Assembly (NCBI GenBank): GCA_050230475.1
Contig: JBFLGF010000055.1
Location: 1 to 64,000, forward strand
Source of the DNA: Ancylonema sp.
Lineage: Eukaryota
DNA length: 64,000 nucleotides
Direction: 5' to 3'
Within the stretch, counting starts at the first letter, position 1, and each line of letters begins with the position of its first letter. The notes beneath the pieces are model-generated. The model saw nothing but the letters and a program-made list of their open reading frames with translations. It was not told the origin of the DNA and did not search any database. Of the stretch, positions 27,261-40,422 are shown one piece after another. Both the position numbers and the translations under genes were made by a program.

Positions 27261-30200
27261 ATGTTAGGAAATGTGGAGAAGTACCTCCTCACGCCGGTAG
27301 GAAATACTCATTCCCATGGACAACAGGCTGTCGTAGTAGCCATTGATTCTTGCTACGTTGTGTCCGATGTCGCGTATCTAACCAGACTGCCATCAAATCC
27401 CCGCAGATTGTGTTGAGATTTGCAAAGAAGTACATCAAGGATGCAGAAGGTGCTGCAGCATCGGATTTGAGTGTCTCGGTCTCTGGCGGTTCGGTTGTCT
27501 TCAGGAATTTTGAGCTGAATCTTGAGGGTGAGTGCTTTCAGGAGGTGCTGCGGGCAGCGATGATAGGTGCCAAATTCCCCGCCAGCAACTGATGACTCCC
27601 ATGCCAATCTTTTGTCCTCACAGGAATCGTACAACATCTTCCTTGCTCTGTTGTAAGGGCATTTGCGAGAGAGTTGCAAATCAAAATACCATGGACTCAG
27701 CTGTCTACAAAGCCAGTGGAAGTCTTGATCGATACAGTGGAATGCATTTTCAAAGAAGGCACTCCTGGAGGGACCAGTGTGGTTTCAACTTCAAGCTCAG
27801 ACGACGACGACAGCGATGAAGAGGATTCAAGGTCCCAAGGTAATGTATAACCGTCTATAAAAACTGTCAAAATGTGAAGTTTTGATTGTACAATTGCAGG
27901 AGTCAAACAGCTTCGAATTGTTCATACTTTGCAATAGGTCGGGGTGCCTTCTCTTTGACCTACTTACCAACCTGGTATTCGCGTTTGTGCTCTGACAGGC
28001 CTGGAAGATGATGAAGAAGCTGGGCCAGGATGGATGGGATCCCTCCTGAAGCGAACTGTGGCAAATGTGACAGTCCACATCAACAACATGGTTTGCAAGT
28101 ACCTCCTGCCAGGAGGTGTCATCTCTCTATCCTGCAAGTCTGTTCTCATACATTCGGTGGGGCAGGACTTGCAGCCAGGCGCCATGGTACGACTTCATCG
28201 CACAGCACCACCACCACGGTCTCCGTTTTTCTATCAGGGCTCTTCATCCTGCTGCATGGCTGTCTTACCGAAGCATCCAATCGTTGCAGGAGTCATCTCT
28301 GGCTCTGGAGGAACTGTAAAGGGTGTTAGAGGTCTGAAGGAGAAGGAGGTTGGTATAGGTCGGAAGGAAGGGGCATTTACAGCAATGTGACCCTTAAGTT
28401 CCGGTCTGTTTTATTGAGAAAACTGAATGTGAAAGCCTACTCGCTACTCATGTAGGATGAGATGGGCGTCAGAATCACATGTCATTTCTAGAGACCAGAG
28501 ACTGTCAAGGCTTACGTATGTGCACTGTCTGGGGTGATCTTCTTCAGGATCTGGAAGGTGGAGTGTGCAAGGCCATGGTAGTGACTGATATCACAGTTTG
28601 CCTGGATGAAATCACTCCAGGGGGGACAGTCGCAGGCTACAGAGGTACTTCATCCGCCCACCGCTTGCCATCCTCAGTATTTCTGTGGTCGATGCAGTGC
28701 TTTGCTGTGTCTCAATGTGAAGAATCGCAAGCCGTGAAAGAGGACACATGTGGACTGCCTGGTCCTCATTGTGGAGGGCATGATCCTGATTCAGGCACAT
28801 TTCCTCTGTCCTTTGTAGAACCTTTGGTTCGAACAGGGGCATGCAACGCCGATGTGTCGTTTACGCAAGCGAGCGGACGCCTGAATGCCGTGCTAGAGCC
28901 TCTGCAAGTCAACGTCACAAACAAACAGCTCCAGCAGCTGCAAATGCTTATACAACAACTTAGGTCTGCTTCAGAAATGGGAATGGCTGGCGTGGATGGA
29001 GAGCAGTCTGTCGAATCCGAAACCAATTCGAAAGCTGGATTCAAAACGAGGGACGCCATATCAGACATGCATGCGGATGTAGTGCCTGAGGATGGGCGTC
29101 ATGTTGGCGCTGAGACGGCAGCGCAGAGGAGAGGGGCAGTGGGGCACATTGCCTCAGCTGGGAAAAGGGCAGTGTCTTGGGCCTGGAACTTTTTGGCAGA
29201 TGAGGACTCTGCAGGTGGGGGGCGGACAGAAACTGCAATTCGAAAGTCAAGTATGAAGGAGGTCGAGGGCCAGTCAGGAACAGTTGACCTGGATTCTGGA
29301 CTGGACTTTTTCGTGAACCTGAAACTGAAGCAGGGATCGCTGTCCTGTTTCTCAGAGACTTCTTTGGGGAGAGATTACGGAAACGCACCAGTGTACGTAG
29401 AGCAGACTCCCATCCACAAAGCACCTTGTGTAGATGGTATGACACCAATGTCATATAAGAACATGAAGAGTGAGCAGGGGCAAGAGATAAACGGCGACGA
29501 CAGTGTGTTCCTTCCTACTCCCTCTCTCTTTTCAGAACTAGCCAAAGAAATGAGCCCCTCCCGTGTCCGGACCTTTTCCTGCACTCACCTCTCATCTCTC
29601 ACCTGGACCAATCTGGAAGGCGATGTCCATGCCACCAAAGACAGAGTCCACTCAGGGTCCCTCAGACTGACCAGCCTCATGGTGGAAGCACACACCAGAG
29701 GCTCCTCCACTCAACAAATACTCCGCATCTCCCCCCCTCCTGCCTCAGCTGGTAGTACAGAAAAAGAGGTGGATAGGAGCAGAGAAGGATGGGAAGCAGT
29801 ACATGAGAATGATGTGCGTGAGAATGCCAAACCACACACTGATAATGGTGATGGGGAGGAGGATTCAGGAAAGGCTGTAAAGAAGCTGCTTGCCAGGCTG
29901 AGTGAAGGCATCGAATTCGGTTGGTGGCAAGAGGAAGCGCATCAAGGGGATTCTGTGCATGGCATCTTAGACGCCGGTCCTGGCATGGTGTACAGAAACG
30001 GGAGCAAGTCAACGCGACGGCTGAACCAAGTGGAGGGGCAAGGTTTGGTATGTGCAATGGGCGATGTGTACCTCACCTACCACCCCGACTTCATAGCTTC
30101 CATGGTCACGTGTTTGGGGCTGGAGGCCTCCGGAGCTGCTGAAACAGAAGCAGCGCGTGTTGCTCGTAAGGATTGTGTTCCAATGGAGGAGAAGCTGTCG

Positions 30201-33200
30201 GAGGGTGGACCTGCGCGACCATTGTCTGTGTTGAGTCTTGTAAGGTGTGCAGCCTTTCGATTCGGAGTGCGCAGCCTGACAGTAGCGATCGAGTCGGTGA
30301 GCACAAAGCCGAGCTTGTCGGCAGCCGTAGTGCTTAAAGCAGGGGAGTTGCGGTGGTGGCTGGTACCAAAGTCTGCTGCTCGCCCTCCCGCCCTTCGCGC
30401 TACTTTAACGAACGTAGAGGTTGGAGTGGGTCGAGGGTGGAAGGGGAATGAGGTTTGTCTCCCTACCATCCTTTAGAGTATTCGGCGCAGTGGTCGGTGT
30501 TTTGTGCCAGACTCAGTGTGTGCCTGTTGCTCCTACTGCATCATGCAGACCCAGCTGGATCGTCTCCTGAACCCGACCACGTGCCGAGTCCGTGTGAGCG
30601 AAGAGCTGGAAGGGAAGCAGGGGTTAAGCCAAGCAGTGGCAAGCTTGATTGTGTCGGACCTGACTTTGAAGGTGGAGGAGGAGGAGTGCCGAAGTGTAGT
30701 GCTTGTGATGCAAACATTGTGGGGCAGCCGTACACGCGTACACCTCCCATCCACAGGAACGCTTCCAGGTATTATTGTATGGACTTGTGGCGGGTAGCAG
30801 GAGAGTGCAGTGTCTCTTTGGTTGTCTGAGGGGAGGGGAGAAGGGGGGAGGGCAGGTACTTGGATCGACCTGAAAGTGGTACGCCTCCACACTGACCTGC
30901 TTGTCTGCGAGGGACAGCTGCTGGGCCTGCAAATCTTGACAGCTGTCACCCTCCATCATTGTACACTTCAAATTTTGGGGTTCAGGTAATCCCTCGTTTT
31001 CCCCTTTTTTCAATGACATGATGACAGGCGCTTCGGTGGTCCTGACAGACCGGTCCATGTGCACTCCACCCTGCCTCCTCTTTCTCTTGCTGCAGGCTTG
31101 AGTGCAGCCGCACATCAGGAGGTTCTGCGGGGCTTATGTACTCATCATCACCTGATTCTGGGGCACCCGATATGAGCAGTGGCTCAGAGGGGAGTTTAGA
31201 AGTGGGCGTACTCAATTGTGAGATAGAGGTAGCCTCGTTCACTGCCCTCATGGAGTTGTACAAAGCAAACACACACCTCCACTCCCACTACGCCGCCAGA
31301 TACATCAGTGAGGAGCGCCTTCAGTCCGTAGGAGAAGTAGAGAATCCGTCTATCAGTGTTTCTGTATCCATGTCCATAGGCCTGACATCCCTTGTACTCA
31401 TCGCCAGCTGCGTGGGTGGAGTGTGCTCTGCCTCTCAAGTAGCCATCAGGGAAGTGCACGGGGCATATAAAAGTGGTGGCAGGAAAGGAATGGGTGGGGC
31501 GTCTGTCAGAACGGGTGCGGTGGAGATGGTGGTGGGAGGCTGGGTACCTGTCGCAAGGATGGCGAGTGAGGTACTGCTACTATATAATGGGATGTAGGGT
31601 TTTCCTGGGTTAAAAAAAAAACTCAAAACCCCCAAAACGATTCCGGAGTTCCATACTTGCTAAGGGAACCAATTGTGACACCTGGGTATGAGCTGCAAGC
31701 AGCCACGAATGTGCAGTGCGGCGTTCCGTGTTGTGGTGGGATATGTGCTGCTCTGCGGATCTCACTCAATTTCGGAGGGTGGGGGATGGCAGGCTCTGCC
31801 AAAACTGGTTCCCCTGGATGGCCCTGTGCTGCGAATCACAGAGTGGTCTGGCGATGTGCGCACAGGTGCAGGAGTGAAGAAGGTGTGTTGCCTTTTCTCG
31901 GCCATGAGTGTTGACGCTCATTCAGAACTGACCCGTGTCGGAATGCCACCGTGGCATGCAGGAAGTGAATACACATGTCGGGGAGGTGAACGCTTTTTTG
32001 AGCCGAGCACAGCATGTCCTCCTTCTGCGTCACTTGCAGGAGGTCTTCACAGGGGCCACTGGTATCAGTCGCAGTGGCCGTAGCAGTAGCGGTAGCAGTA
32101 GCGGTAGCAGTTGCGGGGTAGGGAAAGACATCCAGCGGCAGAGCTGCGGCCCTCCTGCAGCTCTAGTTTGGGCCAGGGTTAGAATTAGGGTTTCCCGAAT
32201 GAGGTGGCAGGCGGATCTCTGGCAGGATCGTTATCCAGAGGACCAGACGACCGTCTCTCGGCTTTCTGTTGAGTTGGAGGCCATCGAGTTCGATAGGAAG
32301 GAAGTCGGTCCGCAAGCCAGCCTGGTGGGAATGAGTTGCTGCACTCACCAGCTGTCTGTCGATTCAATGGAGGTCCTCACTTGTCGGCGTGTGGAAAGGC
32401 CTGGGAGAGATGGAGCAGATGAAGCGTGGAACACACATGCTGTCATTGGGTCCCTGCCAGGAGCATCTCCTGTCGACCCGCTTTTCCTCGCCCAATGGCA
32501 GACCAAAGGGGTGGAAAGGTGCCAGGTGGCAGTGGAGGTGAAGCCCATGGAGTGGCGAATGGACGCACAGCTTCTAGAAGAGGTCAGCCAAACCCTAGAG
32601 ACCTTCTCCTGTGCCTGGCCTTCTCTTAAGTGAACTATGATCCTGACCCTGTCTTCCGTCCCCCTACCCCTCTCTTACCCTCTCCCAAGCTGGTCACTGT
32701 CGCGTGGGAGCGCCGTAAAAATCTTCCACGCACACCTGGCGCAGACGTCATGCCGTTCACAGCGAGCGCTCGCATCGTCACCCGCCTGCTGCGCCTCCAC
32801 GTCTTCGCTTCCTTCCCCACCCCCTCCCCCCCAGCTGTCGCAGTCGACCGTGGGGCTGGAGTGGTGGTTGAGGTGGAGCAATCCGTGGCCCTCCTCTACA
32901 GCGGCGTGGAAGGGGATGTGAGAACGTGGACGGGCATCCACGTGGGGGGGGGGGAGGGGGTGATGGACATGGGCGGTCTTCGAGTGCAGGGGTTTGAGGT
33001 GTCGGTGAGGGGGTGTGAGAGCAGGTTGGAGGGCGGCAGTGGTGGGCCTTCCATTCCCCTCCACCCCCACTGCGACATGCAGGCTGTAGGGAAGCTCATG
33101 GGGTGCCCAGGACCCATTTTCCTGGACCTGCATATACAACACCTCCGCTTGCACCTCTGTCCCCAAGCACTCAACCTGGGGCTCAGTGTGGTGAGGGGGC

Positions 33201-36200
33201 TGAGCGATGCCTGGGGGGCGACGTGGCTGCTCCGTCAGCAATGTGCAGGACCGCCTACGCCTTGTGACGACTTGAGGTCTGGAGCGTTCTGTGTGGCACC
33301 TGTAATGTCTGTTCACCAAATTCAGCGCGGACAGATGGGCTGGGGAGACGGTTCGGTGGCAGAGGGGGTGGAGGCGAAGGGTGGATGGTTAGCGTGGAGG
33401 TGAGGGTGGGATGGGGTGTCTGCTGAGGATGGAAAGTCCACCTCTGCCTTAGACTGAGGCCAATAATGCGTGGTGCCAACGGAACCCTCTCTGAACCCGA
33501 GGTGCAGTGGTGCATGCTTTTCAGGTACTGGTTTCCGCATGCAGTGGAGCGGGTGGTGATTGGACCGCCTTGTTTTGAGCAGCTGCCCGCAGCAGGGGCC
33601 TCCATCAGACTCTGTTTATGGCACTGGGATGTGGCCGCCGATGCTTTTGTCGAGGCCGCATCTGTGATGGTGACAGGGCGCCCTGGAGCCTCAGCAGAGA
33701 TGGTAGTAGCGCCACCTGTCAGCGCAGAGAAGTGGCAGCTGTCGTGGCAGGTGGGGCACAATCTAGAGGTCCTGCCTGCGACTGCTCTCCTGCAGTCTAT
33801 GCAAGTGAACCCCCGGAAAAGCGCAGGGGAGGGTATCATGCCCTTCCTGGCCCTCAGCCTTTCTGCCCACCAGATGCAAGTGGCAATAGCGCAGCAGCAG
33901 GGGGGGGGGACAGTTGGGGCGGCAGAGGTGGGCACGTTGACTGTAGATAAAGCTGAGGTTGGGGTGCACTTCTGGGGGTCCGCGTCGTGGGGTATCTCGG
34001 TCGGTGGGGTTGTGAGCATGGAGTACCTGGACTTGGCAACCTACACTCATGTGAGACCTCACCCAAGCGGCTCACAGGCATGGGATAGGAAGGCAAGAAT
34101 CGGCACAATTGTTTCGAATGGAGCAAGGACAGATTCATGATTGCAGTTTTGGCTGTTGTGTTGTAGAGAATTGAAAAGTACGGCAAACATACATACCTCG
34201 ATACATACATGCATATATTCTTACAGGCATGCACTTGTACATATGTACATATCTGCTCTTATCTTCCATACACACATCTATAAACACATCTATCCTTAAC
34301 AACATTCACACCTCCATCCTCGCATGTGAGCATACACCCATGCGTGCGTGCTGGGGGCCCTAGTGACAACACACATTGTACAGAGAGAGTTGGAAGGGGG
34401 GTACGGATCCGCTCTCCTCTCCTTTCCTCACACCGCCTCTTGCTACGTGCTGTCCTGCAGGAGCTCCTGGTCGACCCGTGCAACATCCACATGGCAGTCG
34501 AGCTATCCCCTGGAGGGCACACCTCCCTCGCAGACTGTGTCCCCCGCCACTATCGAGCAGCTGCCCTGCAGCCCCCCCCACAGGGACCCGGCTGTGTCCT
34601 GTCCATCCACGCCCCAGACTCTGTCACGCTACGCCTCAACAGGTCTGGGGTTCAGGAATCCAGGCGGCTACTGGGCGGGAGCAGCAAAGAGGGGAGTGTG
34701 GGAGCATTTGTGGTGCACAACCGGATCTCGATCTCTGTCGCGTATGGACAAGTTGGGGGGGGGGATGTGGTCCTCTTACCCCCGGGATCATCTCAGCCCT
34801 ACTCCTGGAGAGCCTCCCCTAGTCTGTACCCTACCGCTCCTCGGCTGCTGCATGTGGGCATACCTTTCAACGAAGGGGGGGACGGGGGGTTTGTGGGTCA
34901 GTGGTGTGCGGCGGTGGATATAGACGCAGAGGGGGCTCACCATAGAGGACTGGGTGTGGGTACATTGGGGGCCATTGAGGTGGTCATCTGTGTACAGAGG
35001 CAAGCAGATGCGACCTACTCTGTCACAGTCGGGGCTGCGTATCGCCTTGTGAATCACACGGCCAGGCGGCTGTCGCTGCAGTTCAAGGGGCACCTGCCCG
35101 CAACCTTTCTCAAAGACTTGCCTGGTAGCAATGCGGGAGGGGGAGGGGCCTATGAGGGCCTGGTGGAGTCTGAGGAGACTGAGATGACAGTGAGGTTAGA
35201 GCCCCAAGCAGGGGAAGACTTGCTGTTTATGCGGATTGAGAGAGGGGTGGAGGCGGAGAAGGAGGAGGCGGTGGGGCAGCTGAGGGTGCTGTTCACTTCG
35301 ACGGAAAGGTGGTCAGAGTGGGCTGACCTGGCAGAGGAGGTGGCGTTGTCTGTGAGCGCCAGCTGTCAGCTCCTGTCTCTGGAGGGTGTGGTGGAGGAGG
35401 CGGAGAGCGAGGAAAGTGTGGCCATATCCTTCCCCTGCCTGTGGCTCCAGACCTGCACCCCCTCTGTGGCCACCTGTGACCAGGTCACCATCGCCTTCTG
35501 GCCCCTCTACTCCCTCTACAACGCCCTCTGCGTCCCCGTGGAGGTGTGCCTCATCTCGGACCAGAAAGCAGCGACTGAGAGCAGGGTGGAGGTGGAGGCA
35601 GAGGTCTCCCTCGATGTGGCGCAGTGCGGGGGACAGGCCGTGTCGTTCAAGTTGGGGGTGGAGCAAGGTGGGGGCAGCATCGGGGAGAGTGGTGGGGCTC
35701 TGTGGTCGGCACCCCTTCAGTTTGCGCCGGATGCAGTCGACAAGGAGGGCAGCTTTGTGCCGAGGATGGGGCAGCACTGCTCCCTACGCCTGCCACATGG
35801 GGATGGGAAGGTAAGAAAAACGGAAATACATGTACATATATCGCCCTCCCACCAGTGCTGACACTGTTTGGACGCACCTGGCAGGCCTTTTCTTGTGCGC
35901 TGGTCGCCAAGGACCACCCTGCTGCTTCTGCTTCGGCCGTGCCGACCATCTCCCTCGCTCTCCTTCCTTACGCACTTCTGCACAACCAGCTGCCCGTGCC
36001 TGTGGCAGTGGCAGAGGCCACAGATGCATCCCTAACGGCTTGGGCGGGACCCCTGACGCAAGTACCCTTCTCTTGGCGCCGGGCCCCCGCAAGGAAGGCA
36101 CGTCTGGGTCTAAGTCTGGGTCTGGACCTGGGTCTGGGTGGGGAGGCAGGGTGGAGCTGGTCGCCTGGTGTGGCAGTGGACGTGGAGGGAATCAGTGAAG

Positions 36201-39200
36201 TGGGTGTGGTGGCAGAGGGGAAGGAGGGGCCTGTGGAGTATCGGTTCTTGATTCGTGTCACTCTGTTTAGTGAGGAGGAGGTGGAAGAGAAGTGGCGCGG
36301 CAACGGGTACCAGTGCTGCCACCTCTGCGTCTACCCTGCAACACTCCTCTCCAACCTCTCCCCCCGCAACTTAGTGGTGGAAGTGGGGCACGCCACAGGC
36401 TCTGCCGCCCACCCCACGTTGCTGCCTCTCGCTGGTGGAGCCGAAATGGTTCCTCTGCTCGCCTTCCCCTGGCGCCAGGACGGCACTTGTGGCGCTGCAG
36501 AGGCAGCAACGCCAGGTGGCAGTGGTTCCAGCAGCAGGGGTGGTTCTGGCGGCGGGGTGGAGGGTTTTGTGGCCCGCCTGGCAGATGGGGGCAGTGAGGA
36601 GTGGTCCCACCCTTTGAGGCTCCGCGGATGCGTGGTGAATCAGCAGCTGCTGCTGCCTGCGTCGCATGGTGGGACCCACACAGCCCTGCTCACCTGCACC
36701 ACCCTCGTCCTGCACCGCCAGCTGCACCTGCTGGTCCGCACCGACCCGCAACCGCAGTGCCTGATACGCAACGACACCGACCACACGATAGAGGTGGCAG
36801 GGGCAGGGGCAGATGGGCTGTGTGCGCGCGTCGCGGCACATTGCCAGCTAGACTTCGGCTGCGACTCCATGGCTGGAGTGGGTGTGCACCCTACAGAGGC
36901 CGGCAGTGGCAGTGGTGGGGAAGGGGGGCAGGACCTGGCGGGGGGGTTGGAGAGCAGCTACGAAGAGTTGTTGGATGAGGCCCTGCTGGTGCACCTGAAG
37001 AAGGGGCCAGAGGCGCCCTCGCTGCTCCTCCGCCCCACCTCCCATCACTGGTCCGACCCTCTTGTTCTTCTGCCAGGGAACTCGATAATCAAAACCATCA
37101 CTTGTGCGCCTGTGGAGGGAAGCGAGAGCCAGGAGGTAGCAGTCCTGAGGGTCCGCATTGCCAGTCTGGGCCCACCGGTGGTGGTGGCGGTGGGAGGTCC
37201 CGAGGACAGTAAAGGGGTTGAGGAGGATGTCTTTGGGACCTCCTTTGCGCCTGCGCTGTCAGTGAGGGTGGATGTGAAGGAGGTGCGGCTATCTATGTGG
37301 GAAGATGTGCTTCTTCGGGGGATGGGTGTGGGCCAGCCTGTTTGTGACGAGGTGGGGGTGGTGAGTCTGGAGGGGGTATCTGTGGTGGTGCAGAGGGGGG
37401 AGGAGCAGTCCTGTTGCCCCTTCCTCCCCCCTGTGGAGAGGTACAGAGTGAGTGCCTCCCTGCGCACTCTCCGCGCCCACAGCTACCTGCCACACGCGGA
37501 GGTGCCCCTGGTGNATAGATAGATATTACCACCCCAAATTTTGACATTCCAATCGCATTGCGTGTAAATCAGGGATTCGCTGAGAATGAATGACGAACCA
37601 CAGGGAGGTACCCCAGTAGCGCCGCAGAGATTTCTTAGTTCAATCATGGAGACTGGTGCATCAGTGCTTCTGTCACGAGTCAGTCTGCATCCACGCTTAA
37701 CTACTCAAAGTGCTCATTGAGCCAAGGCCCAAAGCTGCCAGCAACTTACTGAACTGACTTGAGTGAGCAGTGTCATGTGCTGCATATGTATAGGTTGCAG
37801 AGCGGACGTTCACTCTCGAGCCTGCAAATTTGTTTGTCCTGGTGGGTTCTACGCTAGCCTCCAAGAACAGATAGTGTTACGCAGATATTTATTTCTGAAT
37901 ATGGAGGGAGCCAGTGCTACTCGAGCTCAGTGATGTCTCTCGATTCGAGGTGTTCGCTGGCCAATTCCCTGGCAGCCTCTCGCCGGATCTCCAACCTTAG
38001 GGTTTCGTCGTTGCAGATCATAGTAGCTCTCGTCAAAATTGCAGAGCAACCTGCACAAGACCAAGCCAACAGAGTGAATGACTGATTACAAAAACGACAC
38101 AGGCAGATTCCAAGTCTCACAACTGACACGCTCCCTAAAAGCGTTGACATCGAACAAGGCGGTTATGGGATCACCTGCCATCGGACAGGCCTTATGGTTG
38201 CCCATGTACTCAAAAATCGCTGCCTTCTCATATATGTGTCTGCACTTGGCCCTGAAACTCAGGGTCGACCACGAGTGTCAGTGTTGCATCAGTGGTTGCT
38301 TTGCAGTCCACATCCATGCTGCTCTCTTCAAGCAAAGGCAGCCTGACTGATGGTGACNAGCGGGGTTCAGCTCCTCGCTTGCTCGGCTCCTGGAGCGCGT
38401 GTATGTGGAGGGGGGTAACCCCAAATCCGCCCCGGGACTGGCAGGGGTGGGGGAGGGTCTTGCCCGAGGCATGGCACAGCTCTTCCTCTCTCCCGTCCGC
38501 GGAGCAGCCAGGGGGGGTGGGTCTGGCCTGCTCCTAGGAGTTGGGAAGGTGAGTGCGAGTGGGGGCAAGGAGAAGAAGGGGGCAAGGGGGCGGTTCTGAG
38601 AGGACTGGTGGGGTTGTGACGGTGCTGCAGGGTCTTGCAGGCGCGATTGCTGCGCCCCTCACTTCCGCGCTGCATCTCCTGGCTCTCACATCCAACGGCT
38701 TGGCGGGGAGTCAAAGTAGCGCTCTGACGCGAGGAGTGTCGTCAACCCCACAACGACACACGTCTCGAACCTCGGTACTCCGTTTCGAGCGCCAAATTCT
38801 GGCAGGGACTGCAGAGAGGTGAGGTTCCTGAGAACAAGAGTCGACCACTTGTTGTTGCTCTTTTTTTTTGGTTTTTTGGTTTTTTGGTTTTTTGGTTTTT
38901 TGGTTTTTTGGTTTCTGGAATATTTGGTTTTTTGGTTTCTGGAATTTTTGGTTTCTGGGATTTTTTTTTGGTGCAGAACATGATTTTAGGTCTGCGCGGA
39001 ATATGGAACAAACAGAATGCGGAGTTTAAACCTCCGGCATACACGCCTCTCTGCTCAGGTACCTGGCCCACGCAGAGGTGGTGGCAGGGGTGCTGACAAG
39101 CACGGCCTCCGAAGACCCGCGCATACTGCAGCGCCCGCTGCTGCTCCTCACGCACCTCACCCTCCATGCCATGAACTACGGGGGAGTGGTCATGGCCGCC

Positions 39201-39410
39201 TCCCTCGCCTTGGACACACTGGAGGTGTCAGAGGACCCCACCGACCTCTCCCTCACTCTCTTCTCCGGATCGCAGCATGGGGGTAGTCGCAGGGGGGGGG
39301 GAGAGAGCAAGGGGCTACAGCTGTATGTCCGGTTTGGGGGGAGGGGGTGGGCGGTTTGGGTGCCGATGTTGAGGAGAGCTATTGCACAGAAGCACAGGAC
39401 CTCATCTTGA
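27261..39410 (+). CDS. VPS13B: VPS13B-like (chorein-N, repeating beta-groove) lipid transfer protein; multi-exon, interrupted by N joins at 37514 and 38358
   Basis: MLGNVEKYLLTP|IVLRFAKKYIKD..SDLSVSVSGGSVVFRNFELNLE|..IKIPWTQLSTKPVEVLIDTVECIF; GWMGSLLKRTVANVTVHINNMVCKY; DITVCLD; VSWAWNF; CDDLRSGAF; WRYWFPH; C-terminal Gly-rich ATG2_C-like helices and PH-like tail. Internal exon boundaries are only partly resolved. Confidence 0.82.
37515..38357. repeat. Diverged duplicate of about 40060-40878 containing the last two MMS21 exons, bracketed by two N joins
   Basis: Minus strand encodes KCRHIYEKAAIFEY..CPMAG and CSAILTRATMICNDETLRLEIRRE..ELE* (37917). It sits inside the VPS13B gene, probably as a misplaced contig. 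Confidence 0.9.
38862..38970. repeat. Intronic low-complexity repeat (GTTTTTTG)n with TTTCTGGA variants
   Basis: Directly visible 8-9-bp period. Confidence 0.85.
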
Positions 39411-40422
39411 ATGGGTGCCAGAGGGAGGAGCAAGTCGATGCCCCAATCGGTTGGTGGAGAGGGGGAGGTGAGCATGGGGTTGAGGTTCTGATATTTGAAC
39501 GCTCAACGGGCTAAAGGGTTCTCTGAACTGTAATGTCGTACTAAAAGTAGATGAATGTAGCTGACAATGCTCCCTCTTTTTCGTCGACAAGACATGATCT
39601 TCTCTGCGTTTGCAGGCTCAGATATGCTTTGCTCATGAGTATGCATGAAGCGTGCAATGTGGATTGATGTCATTGGACTCGCTGTTCGTCATGGATGTCT
39701 CAACCTCGCCTACTAGTTTTTTTGCAGATGTGTGCGCAAGTGCTCCTGTGTGTTCGACGTCTGCCATGTACATAGAATCGCCTGTGAATGGGTGTTTTTT
39801 CTTCAATCTTTCAGTTGGCGTCTAGTAGGCAGCTGCAAATCGTTGCATACAGAGGAAATGAGGCAACGCTAGTTACTCATGAACTGTGACATCGGTTGTC
39901 ATCTTATAGGCTAGCGTGACATGCTCTAGCTCCGCGATGCGGGAAAGACAAGAAGTCTCTTTGACAGGCAGCGATTTAGAAGATGCCTCTGATGTGTCAC
40001 TAAAAGCAGTGTTGAATTGTTTAGTTTACAGAAACGAGAACAATCAGCACGATACATACCAAATACTTCCCAAAAAAGTTGACGTTCCGATCGCGTTGTG
40101 TTTAAACCAGGGATCCGCTGAGAATGAATGTCGAACAACAGGGAGGTGCCCGAGTAACGCTCGGTGGCTCTGCCATGAGTCAGTCTGCATCCACGCGTAA
40201 CTACTCAAAGTGCTCATTGAGCCACCTCTCTGCCACCAAAGCTGCCAGCAACAGACTGAACTGACATGAGTGAGCACTGTCATGTGCTGCATGTGTATTG
40301 GTTGCAGAGCGGACGCTCACTCCCGAGCCTGCAAATTTGTTTGTCCTGGTGGGTTCTACGCTAGCCTCCAAGAACAGAGGTGTTGCGCAGATATTTATTT
40401 CTGAATCTGGAGGTAGGCTGTG

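Noticed and set aside
32630..37500. Many long overlapping antisense ORFs in VPS13B exons
   Set aside because: Expected shadows of GC-rich coding sequence, with no independent domains.
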